From Mollicutes bacterium Phil14 (GTDB taxonomy: Bacteria; Bacillota_I; Bacilli_A; ML615J-28; CAG-698), in contig MSHB01000022.1 in assembly GCA_001940985.1 (NCBI GenBank), positions 35,393 to 99,392 of the forward strand: DNA of 64,000 nucleotides. The letters run 5' to 3'. Shown in pieces: positions 1-10,300 of this stretch. Position 1 is the first letter of the stretch, and each line of letters opens with the position of its first letter. The translations under genes and the position numbers were made by a program. The notes beneath the pieces are model-generated. The model saw nothing but the letters and a program-made list of their open reading frames with translations, had not been told where the DNA came from and searched no databases.

Positions 1-93
1 AATAACATCACTATTTTTAAATAATGATTTATAGTGATTAGCCTCTTCACTACTACCACCTTTTCCATGCACATAAACAACAACTTGTTTCAT
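1..93 (-). CDS. N-terminal 31 codons of an unidentified protein (MKQVVVYVHGKGGSSEEANHYKSLFKNSDVI...). The gene runs off the window start.
   Basis: ATG at 93-91 on the minus strand, preceded by an AAGAGG ribosome-binding site. The frame stays open to the window edge. Too short to assign a function. Confidence 0.4.
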   Translation of the reverse strand, partial: MKQVVVYVHGKGGSSEEANHYKSLFKNSDVI

Positions 94-214
94 ATTTAAC
101 CTCTTTAAATTTTTTATTATTTTTCTTATATATTACTTAAATTAGAATATTCTTTCTAAGTCTTATTGCATATTAAAGCTACATTAAAAGACCTACAAAA
201 TATATAGGTCTTCA

Positions 215-1336
215 CTATTTTTTCTTTATTAATTTGCTTTTTTCTTTGTATAATTTCTTATCAGCGCATTCTAAAAATTTTGCTATATCCATTGCATCTT
301 CAAATTTAGAATAACCAATACTTACTTTTAAATCATACTCTTTTTCAGTTGCCATCATAGCAATTTTATCTTTAACATACTCAACAAATTCTTTAACCTT
401 TACTTCATCATCATAGCGACATATGATTACAAATTCATCTCCACCAACTCTTGCTGCATAAACCTTCTTTTCATGTTCTACTTCTTTTAGTGCATCAGCA
501 ACTATGCATAAAACTTTATCACCAACAGTATGCCCATATGTATCATTTATCATTTTAAAATCATCAATATCTAAATATAAGGCATATAGTATTTGATTTG
601 AATTCTTGTGTTTATGGGTAGAAGTTTGATAATCTAAAAAGTTAAGTAAATCAAACCTATTATTCAAATTTGTCAAATAATCTTTAGTTATCTTTTGATT
701 TTGAATTTCAATAAATATACTCATTATCGAAAGTGTAGCACCTATTGCAATAAGTGGGATTCCTTTTAAGAATACTTGTGCTAATCCAAATGCAATAGGA
801 TATATTGCAAATTTAGAAACGCTTCTTGCTTTAATTCTCACTGTATAACTTTTATTTCTAGAAAAAGAAAGATTTCTAATTGATGCAAGTATCATATATC
901 CAAATGTAATTAGAGGTTGAAGAAAATAAAAATCACCTCTTTGATAGCAATTGTTTTCATCAAGGACATATATAATTTTATCAGAAAATGAAAGAAAAAT
1001 TAATATTAATGCTGGTATAAAAGTGATAAAATACCTTATCTTTTTTTGAAAGAATTTTGTATTTAAGAAAATTTCTGAGTATACCAACCAAGTATATGCA
1101 AATACACCTGATGTGGCAAAATATAGGGAGCAACATAAATATACTATAGTTCTATATTTTGTACCATTAAAAATTTTCCAAACGATATCAGAACCAAAGA
1201 AGGACATCATCATTATGAAAACAATATTTAAAACTTTTCTATCTTCTAACTTTTCATGGCTAAACACTTTAATAAACATTAAAAATGATATTGCCATACA
1301 AAAGGCATTTATCTCAATATAAAGTAGTTTTTCCAT
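215..1336 (-). CDS. Membrane-anchored diguanylate cyclase (multi-TM N-terminal domain plus GGDEF domain).
   Basis: 373-aa ORF with about six predicted hydrophobic helices. The C-terminal domain carries an intact RVGGDEF motif (YAARVGGDEFVIICRY) and the upstream DxDxFKxINDxxGH motif typical of GGDEF cyclases. Confidence 0.85.
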   Translation of the reverse strand: MEKLLYIEINAFCMAISFLMFIKVFSHEKLEDRKVLNIVFIMMMSFFGSDIVWKIFNGTKYRTIVYLCCSLYFATSGVFAYTWLVYSEIFLNTKFFQKKIRYFITFIPALILIFLSFSDKIIYVLDENNCYQRGDFYFLQPLITFGYMILASIRNLSFSRNKSYTVRIKARSVSKFAIYPIAFGLAQVFLKGIPLIAIGATLSIMSIFIEIQNQKITKDYLTNLNNRFDLLNFLDYQTSTHKHKNSNQILYALYLDIDDFKMINDTYGHTVGDKVLCIVADALKEVEHEKKVYAARVGGDEFVIICRYDDEVKVKEFVEYVKDKIAMMATEKEYDLKVSIGYSKFEDAMDIAKFLECADKKLYKEKSKLIKKK

Positions 1337-1352
1337 TCCCTCACCACCAATT

Positions 1353-1898
1353 TTATTTCAGTTTTTTATATACTTCGTTTAAAGGAAGTCCCATAACGGT
1401 ATAATAGTCACCATCTATTTTTTCAATAAATTTAGCAAAGATACCTTGAATTGCATATCCACCTGCTTTATCATATGGTTCAGCCGTATTAATATACTCT
1501 TCTATTTCATTTTCGCTCATTTTGCTAATATATACCTTTGTTTTTGTTACAAAAAGGTCGTAGTTAGCGTTATTTTTTTTAATGTAAACAGCTGTTAAGA
1601 CGTGATGATATCTACCATTTAACATAGTTATCATTTTTTTGGCGTCATTTTTATCTTTGGGCTTTTCTAGTATTTCTTTATCTAGTGTTACAATAGTATC
1701 AGCACAAATAACAGTATCATTAGGAAATATTTTTGAAGTTGCAAGTCCTTTTTTTAAAGCTGTCTTTTTTACATACTCTGAAGGACTTCTATATACACTA
1801 ACATCTTCTAAAACGTCTGGAGTGAAGACTTTAAACTCCACTCCTAACATTTCTAATATTTCTTTTCTTCTTGGTGATTTTGACCCTAAAATTACCAT
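1353..1898 (-). CDS. maf: Maf-like nucleoside triphosphate pyrophosphatase (septum formation protein Maf).
   Basis: 181 aa. N-terminus LGSKSPRRKEIL and overall Maf/YhdE family pattern. The stop overlaps the start of the upstream gene. Confidence 0.8.
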   Translation of the reverse strand: MVILGSKSPRRKEILEMLGVEFKVFTPDVLEDVSVYRSPSEYVKKTALKKGLATSKIFPNDTVICADTIVTLDKEILEKPKDKNDAKKMITMLNGRYHHVLTAVYIKKNNANYDLFVTKTKVYISKMSENEIEEYINTAEPYDKAGGYAIQGIFAKFIEKIDGDYYTVMGLPLNEVYKKLK

Positions 1899-2917
1899 TA
1901 TTTTCCTCTAGATTCGATTTTTTCTAATTGAGCTTGTACTTTTTCACATATTAATTTTCGAATTGATTTATCAGGAAATTTACCATCTACAAGTTCTTTT
2001 GCCCAAATGATTGCTCCGGTTGCTGGAGGTACTGTCAAAACTATAATGTTACATTTTTTCTTTGTATATTCATTAATCTTTTCCTTAAAAGTTTCAATTA
2101 GTATTGGATGATCTCCTTTTACCCAAACACTGCCAGCTAAAATTACATCAACACCATCTTGAAAATTAAGGCTTTTTACACAACCACCAGCACTTCTGGC
2201 AAGGTTGTTGGCCATTTCTTTTAATAAGTCAAGTGAAACTTCATCGCCTTTTCTAGCGCATTTAAATACTTTTATTCCTAAGATTCCTAACTCTTTTCTT
2301 TTTCTTGGTAAAACATCACTTATTGCTTCCATCAAATAATATGGATCATCAATTTCTAAATATGAAAAGACGTATTCAGAAAGTAATGTTTTTTTACCAA
2401 AGCGATAGTAATAATTGTATGTTTCAGTAATTGCTCTCCTAGATAGCCAACTTCCACCAGCTTCATCGCCAACAATTCCGCCTATTCCACCAACTTGAAT
2501 ATAAGTGCCATCTTCATCTATTCCACCAGCACTAGTTCCAGTTCCATTTATAGAACATACACCACTACCGTTAGTGCTTCCTGCTTTAATGCCTAAAAAA
2601 GAATCATTAACTACTTTATAATTGGCAAATCCTAATCTAGAAACTACTTCTTCTAGTCTTTTCTTTTGATATGGAGTATCCACACCAGCAAGGCCAAAGA
2701 CAGCCGCACTTATATCATTTACAGTAATATTATTTCTTTCAAACAATTTAGTAAATTCCTCTTTCATCACACGATAGCTACCTTCAAAACTATCAGGTAA
2801 TCCTTCATGAGAACATGTACCTGCTCTATGAAAGTCTATAAAATTACATTCATTATCAAATAAGAAATAATCAGTTTTGGTATTGCCACCATCAACACCA
2901 ATAATATATTTTCTCAT
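1898..2917 (-). CDS. BadF/BadG/BcrA/BcrD-type ATPase, N-acetylglucosamine-kinase-like sugar kinase.
   Basis: 339 aa. N-terminal IIGVDGGNTKTDYFLF phosphate-1 motif of the ASKHA/BadF kinase family. Adjacent to a GH4 glycosidase gene. Confidence 0.65.
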   Translation of the reverse strand: MRKYIIGVDGGNTKTDYFLFDNECNFIDFHRAGTCSHEGLPDSFEGSYRVMKEEFTKLFERNNITVNDISAAVFGLAGVDTPYQKKRLEEVVSRLGFANYKVVNDSFLGIKAGSTNGSGVCSINGTGTSAGGIDEDGTYIQVGGIGGIVGDEAGGSWLSRRAITETYNYYYRFGKKTLLSEYVFSYLEIDDPYYLMEAISDVLPRKRKELGILGIKVFKCARKGDEVSLDLLKEMANNLARSAGGCVKSLNFQDGVDVILAGSVWVKGDHPILIETFKEKINEYTKKKCNIIVLTVPPATGAIIWAKELVDGKFPDKSIRKLICEKVQAQLEKIESRGK

Positions 2918-2920
2918 ATT

Positions 2921-4210
2921 CTATTTTTCCTTTTTAAAGAATTGTGGTAAATGTGCCTTATGAGCTTCTTTTAATTCATCGAAACATGGTTTAGCTTTCT
3001 TATAGTCACCTACTAATGGATTGATAAGTAAAGCTCTCATAGCTTCATTTTCATCACCAGTTAATGCAGCTTTTACAGCATGTTTTTCATATGCTTTCAT
3101 CATTAACATATATTCTTTAATATGTTCATTATTACAATTCGTCTTGATAACTTTAGCACCATCTTTACCAATTCTTGCACAAACCTCAACAGCATCATTA
3201 TCTTGCATGAATGGGATAGCACCATTGTTTAAACAGTTAACTACTTGAATATCATTAATATCATTATATATTGAATTAACTAAATTAATAGCAACTTCAC
3301 TATATCTAGCCCCACCACGTTTACTTAAAAGTTCTGGTTTAGTATGTAATTCACTATTTGAATAAATATCAAGTAATTGTTCTTCAATTTCCATACAAAC
3401 TTCACCACGACATTTTAAAGCTTCTTTTGCTTTAGCAAGTTGTGCATCACGATAATAATAATAAATTAAATATGAAGTGGGAATAGCACCAACAGTTTTA
3501 ATCAATTCATGAGTAAAGTTAAATGCTGGGATGTTTTGCATTACTGCACCATTAATTCCTTCATCAATAGCTTGCTGCAAATAATCAACACCATCTTGTC
3601 TAATTCCAGTAATCCATGCTAAGTGATTTAATCCAACATATTCAATTTCAGCATTAGGTAAATCCATCTTGCTCTTGATTCCATCAATAGTATTAATAGG
3701 AACATTACATAAACCTAACATTTTTATTTTTGTATTATTTAAAACTGCCTCAGCAATCATACCAGAAGGGTTACTAAAGTTAATTAACCATGCATCAGGA
3801 CATAACTCTTCCATACGATGAGCAATTTTCATTATTTCTGGAATAGTTCTCATTCCTTTGAAAAATCCACCGATACCATTAGTTTCTTGACCAATCAAAT
3901 CATACTTTAGAGGTATTTTTTCATCAAGAACTCTTGCTGGAAGTTTTCCAACTCTAATTTGAGCCAAAACAAAATCTGCTTTATCAATTGCTTCATCAAG
4001 TGATTTTGTTAAAATAACTTTGCAATCTAAACCAGCTGCTTTAATCATTCTTTGACTTAAACCACCAACAATATTTAACTTTCTATCTTCAATATCCATC
4101 AAATATAATTCTTTTAAAGGTAAACTATCTTTTTTGTTTATTAGTCCTTCAATCAATTCTGGTGTATATGTACTACCTGAACCAATAATAGCAATTTTTA
4201 AACCTTTCAT
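2921..4210 (-). CDS. Glycoside hydrolase family 4 enzyme (6-phospho-beta-glucosidase or alpha-glucosidase type, NAD+/Mn2+-dependent).
   Basis: 429 aa. N-terminal Rossmann motif KIAIIGSGSTYTPELIEGL typical of GH4 (CelF/LicH/MelA family). Confidence 0.8.
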   Translation of the reverse strand: MKGLKIAIIGSGSTYTPELIEGLINKKDSLPLKELYLMDIEDRKLNIVGGLSQRMIKAAGLDCKVILTKSLDEAIDKADFVLAQIRVGKLPARVLDEKIPLKYDLIGQETNGIGGFFKGMRTIPEIMKIAHRMEELCPDAWLINFSNPSGMIAEAVLNNTKIKMLGLCNVPINTIDGIKSKMDLPNAEIEYVGLNHLAWITGIRQDGVDYLQQAIDEGINGAVMQNIPAFNFTHELIKTVGAIPTSYLIYYYYRDAQLAKAKEALKCRGEVCMEIEEQLLDIYSNSELHTKPELLSKRGGARYSEVAINLVNSIYNDINDIQVVNCLNNGAIPFMQDNDAVEVCARIGKDGAKVIKTNCNNEHIKEYMLMMKAYEKHAVKAALTGDENEAMRALLINPLVGDYKKAKPCFDELKEAHKAHLPQFFKKEK

Positions 4211-4245
4211 ATCATCTTTCTCCTTTTTTATATGATTTATATCTT

Positions 4246-4274
4246 ATTATACCACATTAAATATTTAATTTGAA
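4246..4274 (-). promoter_or_regulatory. Sigma-A-type promoter for the GH4/BadF/maf/GGDEF gene string (TTCAAA, 17 nt, TGgTATAAT).
   Basis: Minus-strand sequence gTTCAAAttaaatatttaatgTGgTATAAT about 35 nt upstream of the GH4 ATG. An AAAAGGAGAAAG ribosome-binding site follows. Confidence 0.5.
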
Positions 4275-4288
4275 CATAAATGTATATT

Positions 4289-4321
4289 TTTTAAAAAAAG
4301 ATGACCATAAAGGCCATCTAA
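4289..4321 (-). terminator. Rho-independent terminator after the 2549-aa gene.
   Basis: Minus-strand hairpin AGAUGGCC-UUUAU-GGUCAUCU with one mismatch, followed by UUUUUUUAAAAAA. It lies directly 3' of the stop at 4327. Confidence 0.6.
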
Positions 4322-4326
4322 CTAAA

Positions 4327-7300
4327 TTACTTATCCCAACTTATATCTTCATCAGTTAATCCCCAATTTCCACCTGATGTTTTTTCATTAACAACTAAAG
4401 CAAATTCTCTAATACGATTTTTTGTTGAACCACTAATAAAGTGATACTTACCATCATATTTATTATTTAAATCTAAATCATGAAGTTTATAAGAATCGCT
4501 ATTCCATCCATATGTTCCTTTAGAACCCGTCGCAAGATATATATCATATTCATATCTTCTTCCATTAATCAAAGTACCATTACTTTCACCTTTATATTTT
4601 GGAGTAATAGCCGTAAAACCATAGCATCCACTATAATTACGTCCAAACGAATACTGATATTTTGTTGCATCAATAGGATAATAAAACATTGACATTTGAT
4701 TATTCAAACCAGTAATATATTTTGTTATGCCTTCTTTATCAAGTTCACTTGCTTCATATGGATATATAATATGATTAGGATCATTTGGATCAATCGTAAC
4801 AGAATAATCAGCTAAATCACCTTGCAATTGATAATTTTTAATGGTAATAACTACTACTTGATTCTTGATTGGAGAACTAGGATCACTGCCCAATACAATA
4901 TTACCATTAGCAAAACGATAATAAATAGTAAATCTAATAGTTAAATTATATAATATATCGCTAGCAGTAATAAAATAATAAACTGTAGATTCTCCATCTT
5001 CAGAAACAATTTTATAAAGAATAACTGTATCTTTCTCTTCATCGTTACCAATAAAATCACCTTTCAATTCAGTTGACCAATTATTAGTATCACTACCATC
5101 CCAATTACTTCCAGTATATCTATATATACTAGAACCAATAGGATTCGTAAATGAAGGACTATAGTCATCTAAACTAATATTAGTAACTTTTCCATCAATT
5201 CTAAAATACCTAACATTATCATTATCAGCACCATCATAATCAATACCACCATAGTAAGTACGTGCATCATAGAGAGTATTGCTTATTTTATTTCCTAACA
5301 TATCTACTTCATATATATTAGGATATACTAAGGTAGTATCACTATCAAGTTGAAAATCTATATCTTCTAAATAAGCACTTTTACCAAGTAATTTATCTAT
5401 TACAATACTTAGCATTTCTTTTTCTTCACCATCACGAACCAAAATAAATTTATAACCTTTTGACCCTGGCTCTAATAATGAAGTAATATTAACAGAATAA
5501 TATGTTCCTATGTTCAAATAAATCTTAGATTTCATCTCTTCTTCATCAAAAACAATTTCATCAAGCAACATTTTAATTTGTCCATTTAATACTTCTCTGT
5601 CAATTTCAAATCCAAAATCAATATCAAATGTTGTTAGTAAATCCTCACGATAAACTATAAATGTAGTACCATATTGAATGTTATTATTTTTATAGACTAC
5701 TATGTTATCTGGTTCACGTTCAACAATTCTATGAACAATAGTATTAATACTACCTACTTCATTTTCAATTACATATGTCATTACATATTCTCTATTACCA
5801 TTAGTATATGTATAATACACACTTGTTTTAATTAATTTTGAAAATTCAGAAACATATATCCTTTCGATTTCAGTATCATCTATCTTTATTACGTAACTAT
5901 CTACATTATTTAAATATGATATCTCTTCTAGATTATTTATAGTTTCAATAGTTAAATCAATGCTGTTAGTCAAACCATATTTAACTTTAGAAAACATATA
6001 TCCAAATTGAATGTAAGTAATAAAATCTGTATCTTTTTCTTCAAGAAATTCTAAAATATTACCACTTATATCATAACTAAAAGTGTTATAAAAAACATTA
6101 GTAATATTATAATATTGAGATTTTTCTTTTGTTATAAATATAGAATAATCTTCTATTATATTATCATAGTAACGATATCTGATTTCATATTCCCCAGATA
6201 TTAACTTATTACTAAAGGAAATTGTGAAACCGAATTGCCTATTATTAAGTTTTACTATTTCTAATTTATAATAAGCACTATCTATCAAAGTATTTTCTCT
6301 GTATAATCCGATAACAGAAAGTTCATATTCACTTGCCAAAACACCATTATTATCAGTGAATAAACACTCTACTTTTCCATCTGGAGAAACATTATTCTTA
6401 ATAATATAACCATTTGTGATTGAATCCACTATGCTACTAGCACTATCAACAACAGCAGAAAAGTCTACTGATAACTCTTCACTTACACACTCAATAATAA
6501 TCTTATAATCTGTTACATATTTTTCAACTAGACTACTAACATTGCAAGCTATTTCAGAATATACACGTATTTTATCTTCAAATTCTAAACGAGAATTTTT
6601 AGTTAAAGTTCCAGATATACTTGCTTCATATATACCATCTAAAACATTACTACTTCTTAAGTTATAATAATTTCTAAAATCATGGTGTTCATTAGCAGTA
6701 ATACCATATTTAGCAATTACTGCATTTTCACTTAATACTGCACTTTTAACATAATAATTCAAATCAGTCTTATTATTAACAAAATTAAAAGCACTATTAG
6801 AAACAGTAAACGTGATTGTTGGTAAACCATACTCATCACTTCCAACAAGCCCTCCTCTTAAAATCGGAGAATTATTATTTTTATCATATAAAACTAAGTC
6901 ATATAAAGTAGAACCATTATCATCTTTTTGTTGGATCAAAGACTTATCACTATAACTAATTTGAAACATTGATTTATAATCTAATAACATTTCCTCAACG
7001 TTTAAACCACTATCTATTAAATCTTTAGAACTTACATTAGACAAATCAATATATTTTATTTCATCCTTCTCATTTAATTTATACAAATCATCAATTTTAA
7101 GATTTCCTGGTAATACATCACCAGCATCTCGACCTTTGGTTGTTGCTAAAACATACATGCCATTTGGTTTATAATTAAGTGATGTTTCATTTTTAAATCT
7201 ATCTGCTAATACATCATTACTAGCTGCATATATATAATTAGCTTGTTCTGAATCCATCAAAGGAAAACTATCACTGAATATATATGTTTTACTAGTATCA

Positions 7301-10300
7301 CTCTTATCATCGGTTACTATTTCAATTTGATATTGACTAATTGTAGAACTACTACTATTAGAACCAATACTTATATTATTTTGTAATAAACTAGCCACAT
7401 TACTAGGATTAGTTACAGTTGCTCTATTACTGCTATAATTTAAGTTAGATACACTAGTATTACCTGATACAACTACATTTCCATTAATAGTAGTATTTAG
7501 ACTAATAGTTTTATTATCTGAACTTTGTTTTTTTACAGTCCTTTGAACAGTTTCAGTTGCATAATTTGAAGTGTAATTGTTACCATTTATATTTTCGTTG
7601 TATGGTGCATATCTTCTTGTACTTGTAGTTATCTCTTCATATTCAAGTGAATCTAACGTAACTGAAGTAATTCTATACGTGTAGTTATTTCCCCAGAAAC
7701 TTCTTGTAATTGTAATAGATTTTATATCACTATCTGTTAAAGCATTTACTAATTCACTTGTAGTAGTACTTCCTGTAGTATAACCAACAACTAATGCTTG
7801 TGTTGTATCATTACTTCTTGCAGAATAATACGTATCTTCTTTTCCTGTTACTTTTAATCTATAAAATATATAAGCTCCATATGAAGAACCATCCACTCTA
7901 CCAATCATATCAACTTTAGAATCCATATTTAAAATATTCACAAAGTTATTTGATTGCATTACACCACTATTACCTCTTTGTAAACGTCCAAATATTCCTC
8001 CAAAACCACGTCTTGCATTAGGATATAATGACAAACTAACTGATTGGCTTGGAAAAATAAATGTGTTTTCATCTTTATAGATATAACTTGTATCACTTGA
8101 ATTATTCATATAATTGCTATTTGTGATATCTTTTAACACGGTATATGTAAAATTACTATAATTACTGTATTTAGCTGCTTTTACTTTTCCATAATGGATA
8201 GCAGTATCAATATTACAATATGTAATAGTAAGGTTACTTGTGTCTGCACTACCTAATACATATGTAGCTCCTACAATTCCACCAGCAACATCAGTTGAAA
8301 CAATAACTCCATGATTTAACATTCTAGTCATTATACATAATCCATATGATATTACTCCACCACTACAAGCAAAAATTCCTGGTCTACGACCTTGAGAAGT
8401 TCCACTGCCGTTGTTTTGGCCACTAGTAACACGAGTTCCATCTAAATTACCTATCTTATTTGAGATTGCGGTAATATTTCCAAAATTCAATCCATTTGAC
8501 AATTTACAATTAGCTATTCTATCGCCATTACCAACTGTGCACCAAGAAAATTTCTTTTGACCATTATTACTAGAATCAATTGATGCAGTTCCCGCGGTTA
8601 ATTCAACTCCCAAAGCAACAGCTAATATTCCACCACTTCTAACATATTGATTAGCTTTTCCTGATATATTACCATTGTTTGAAGAATCAACTATTTGCGC
8701 AGGCTCTACAACTTCATCACTATAACCAGCTAAAATTGTTGCACTAGTATCGGCCATTGCACTAACAACACCACCAAGTGCAAGTCCACCATTATATGCA
8801 AAAACTAATCCACCATATAAACAATTTGGTGTATCACCACCAGCTACATAAGTAGTACCACTACTTGAATTAATATATGTGATATCACCTGAATTAGCAC
8901 AATCTTGTATAAAGTTATAATTAAAAGTAACTATTCCTCCAACGAACGTATTGCACGTACCAATAATAGTTGCCCCATTACCATCATCAGAAGTTATATC
9001 AGCTCTATTCATAGAATTAGTGATTGAACCAACATTTAAATTAAATAATCCTGCTACATAAAGATTATTAGAATTAATAGTTGCCCTGAAACTAGTACTT
9101 GTTTGTGATGTTCCACTAACACCACTAATAGATGTATTCCCACTAATATTACTAGTTATAATCTTGCCTTCATTAATACAATTTATGGCTTTGTAAGTTT
9201 TATTATTTAAACTTGGTAAAATCCAAGATATCCCTGATATATATATATCTTTATTATTGCAAATTCCATTAACTATAATGTTACCACACATTGATACGTT
9301 TTTATAATCAACTTTATTAGCTAAAGTAATGCCTGCTACTTTCATTTCCCCATTGACGTTATTTTCGCCACCATCAATTGTAATATTACCATTGTTTTGA
9401 CAATACAACAATTCACATTCTTTATCATTAACAGACATAAAAAATGATGAGATATTAATACTTTCCACACTTTCATTAAAAAATGTAGAATCATATGTAT
9501 AAGAAGCTTCATTATAAGCTCTTGATAAAATAATACCATTACCATTATCTAATATTGTTGAACTATAATATATATTTCTGTTGTTATTATAACTATTATA
9601 GTTTTCTATTTCAAAACCAGCATTATTAATCATATAAGAAAAGCTAACTTTACTAATATCTGATGTATTTACTCCAATACCAGCTAAATAGTTTTTAGTA
9701 CTTGCGTTGTATTTACTAACAATAATACCATTATTTTCAAATCTACCGCTAATTAAATCACGATTATTTTTTGATATCTTAATTCCATTATTACTTTTTC
9801 CAAACACGCCACCAACATAAATATTAGCCGAAGCACTATTATCTATGGCTCCATTTATGCTACCATCATTTGTTAAGTAAAAATATTCATTGCTAGTTTC
9901 ACTATTATTATTCATATTACCAATAATGCCACCAGCGCAAATAACTACTTCATTTTCAGTAATGACATTGTTAATTGTTTTTATATTAGCATTGTTATAT
10001 GCATATTCAACTCTTAACCCCTTTTCACTACTTCCACCTATTATTCCACCATAATAATATTCTAAAGATGTATTATAATCTGTATAATTGTGCGTAGCAC
10101 TACCATCAATAGCACCATTAAGATTACAAACATAACTAATGTTACCACTTCCGTAGCCAACTATTCCTCCTATACAAGTTTTTCCTAAACCAGAATTACT
10201 AAAATCAAAATAATTAGTATTCTCATTAACTCTATTAGTAATATTTTTAATATTTCCAGAACTCAAATATGCACTAACTATACCAGCATATATCACTTTT

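Noticed and set aside
1113-1322. 69-aa plus-strand ORF inside the GGDEF gene. The same applies to other short ORFs in the track antisense to long genes (1639..1911, 3021..3248, 4480..4692, 9342..9545, 12799..13008, 12927..13157, 13766..14020, 16888..17073, 17844..18029, 19547..19747, 20729..20983, 21113..21304, 25747..26061, 26824..27108, 28757..29088, 29276..29521, 30377..30589, 30794..31027, 32357..32557, 36267..36530, 37109..37339, 37648..37833, 38966..39211, 42343..42534, 43471..43707, 44451..44678, 46548..46739, 47939..48133, 53568..53777, 54640..54837, 54987..55181, 56339..56854, 57875..58374, 59029..60093, 60427..60678, 61625..61879, 62331..62678).
   Set aside because: All lie within or antisense to much longer, well-supported CDSs in an AT-rich genome where spurious ORFs are frequent. 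They have low-complexity translations and no ribosome-binding sites.
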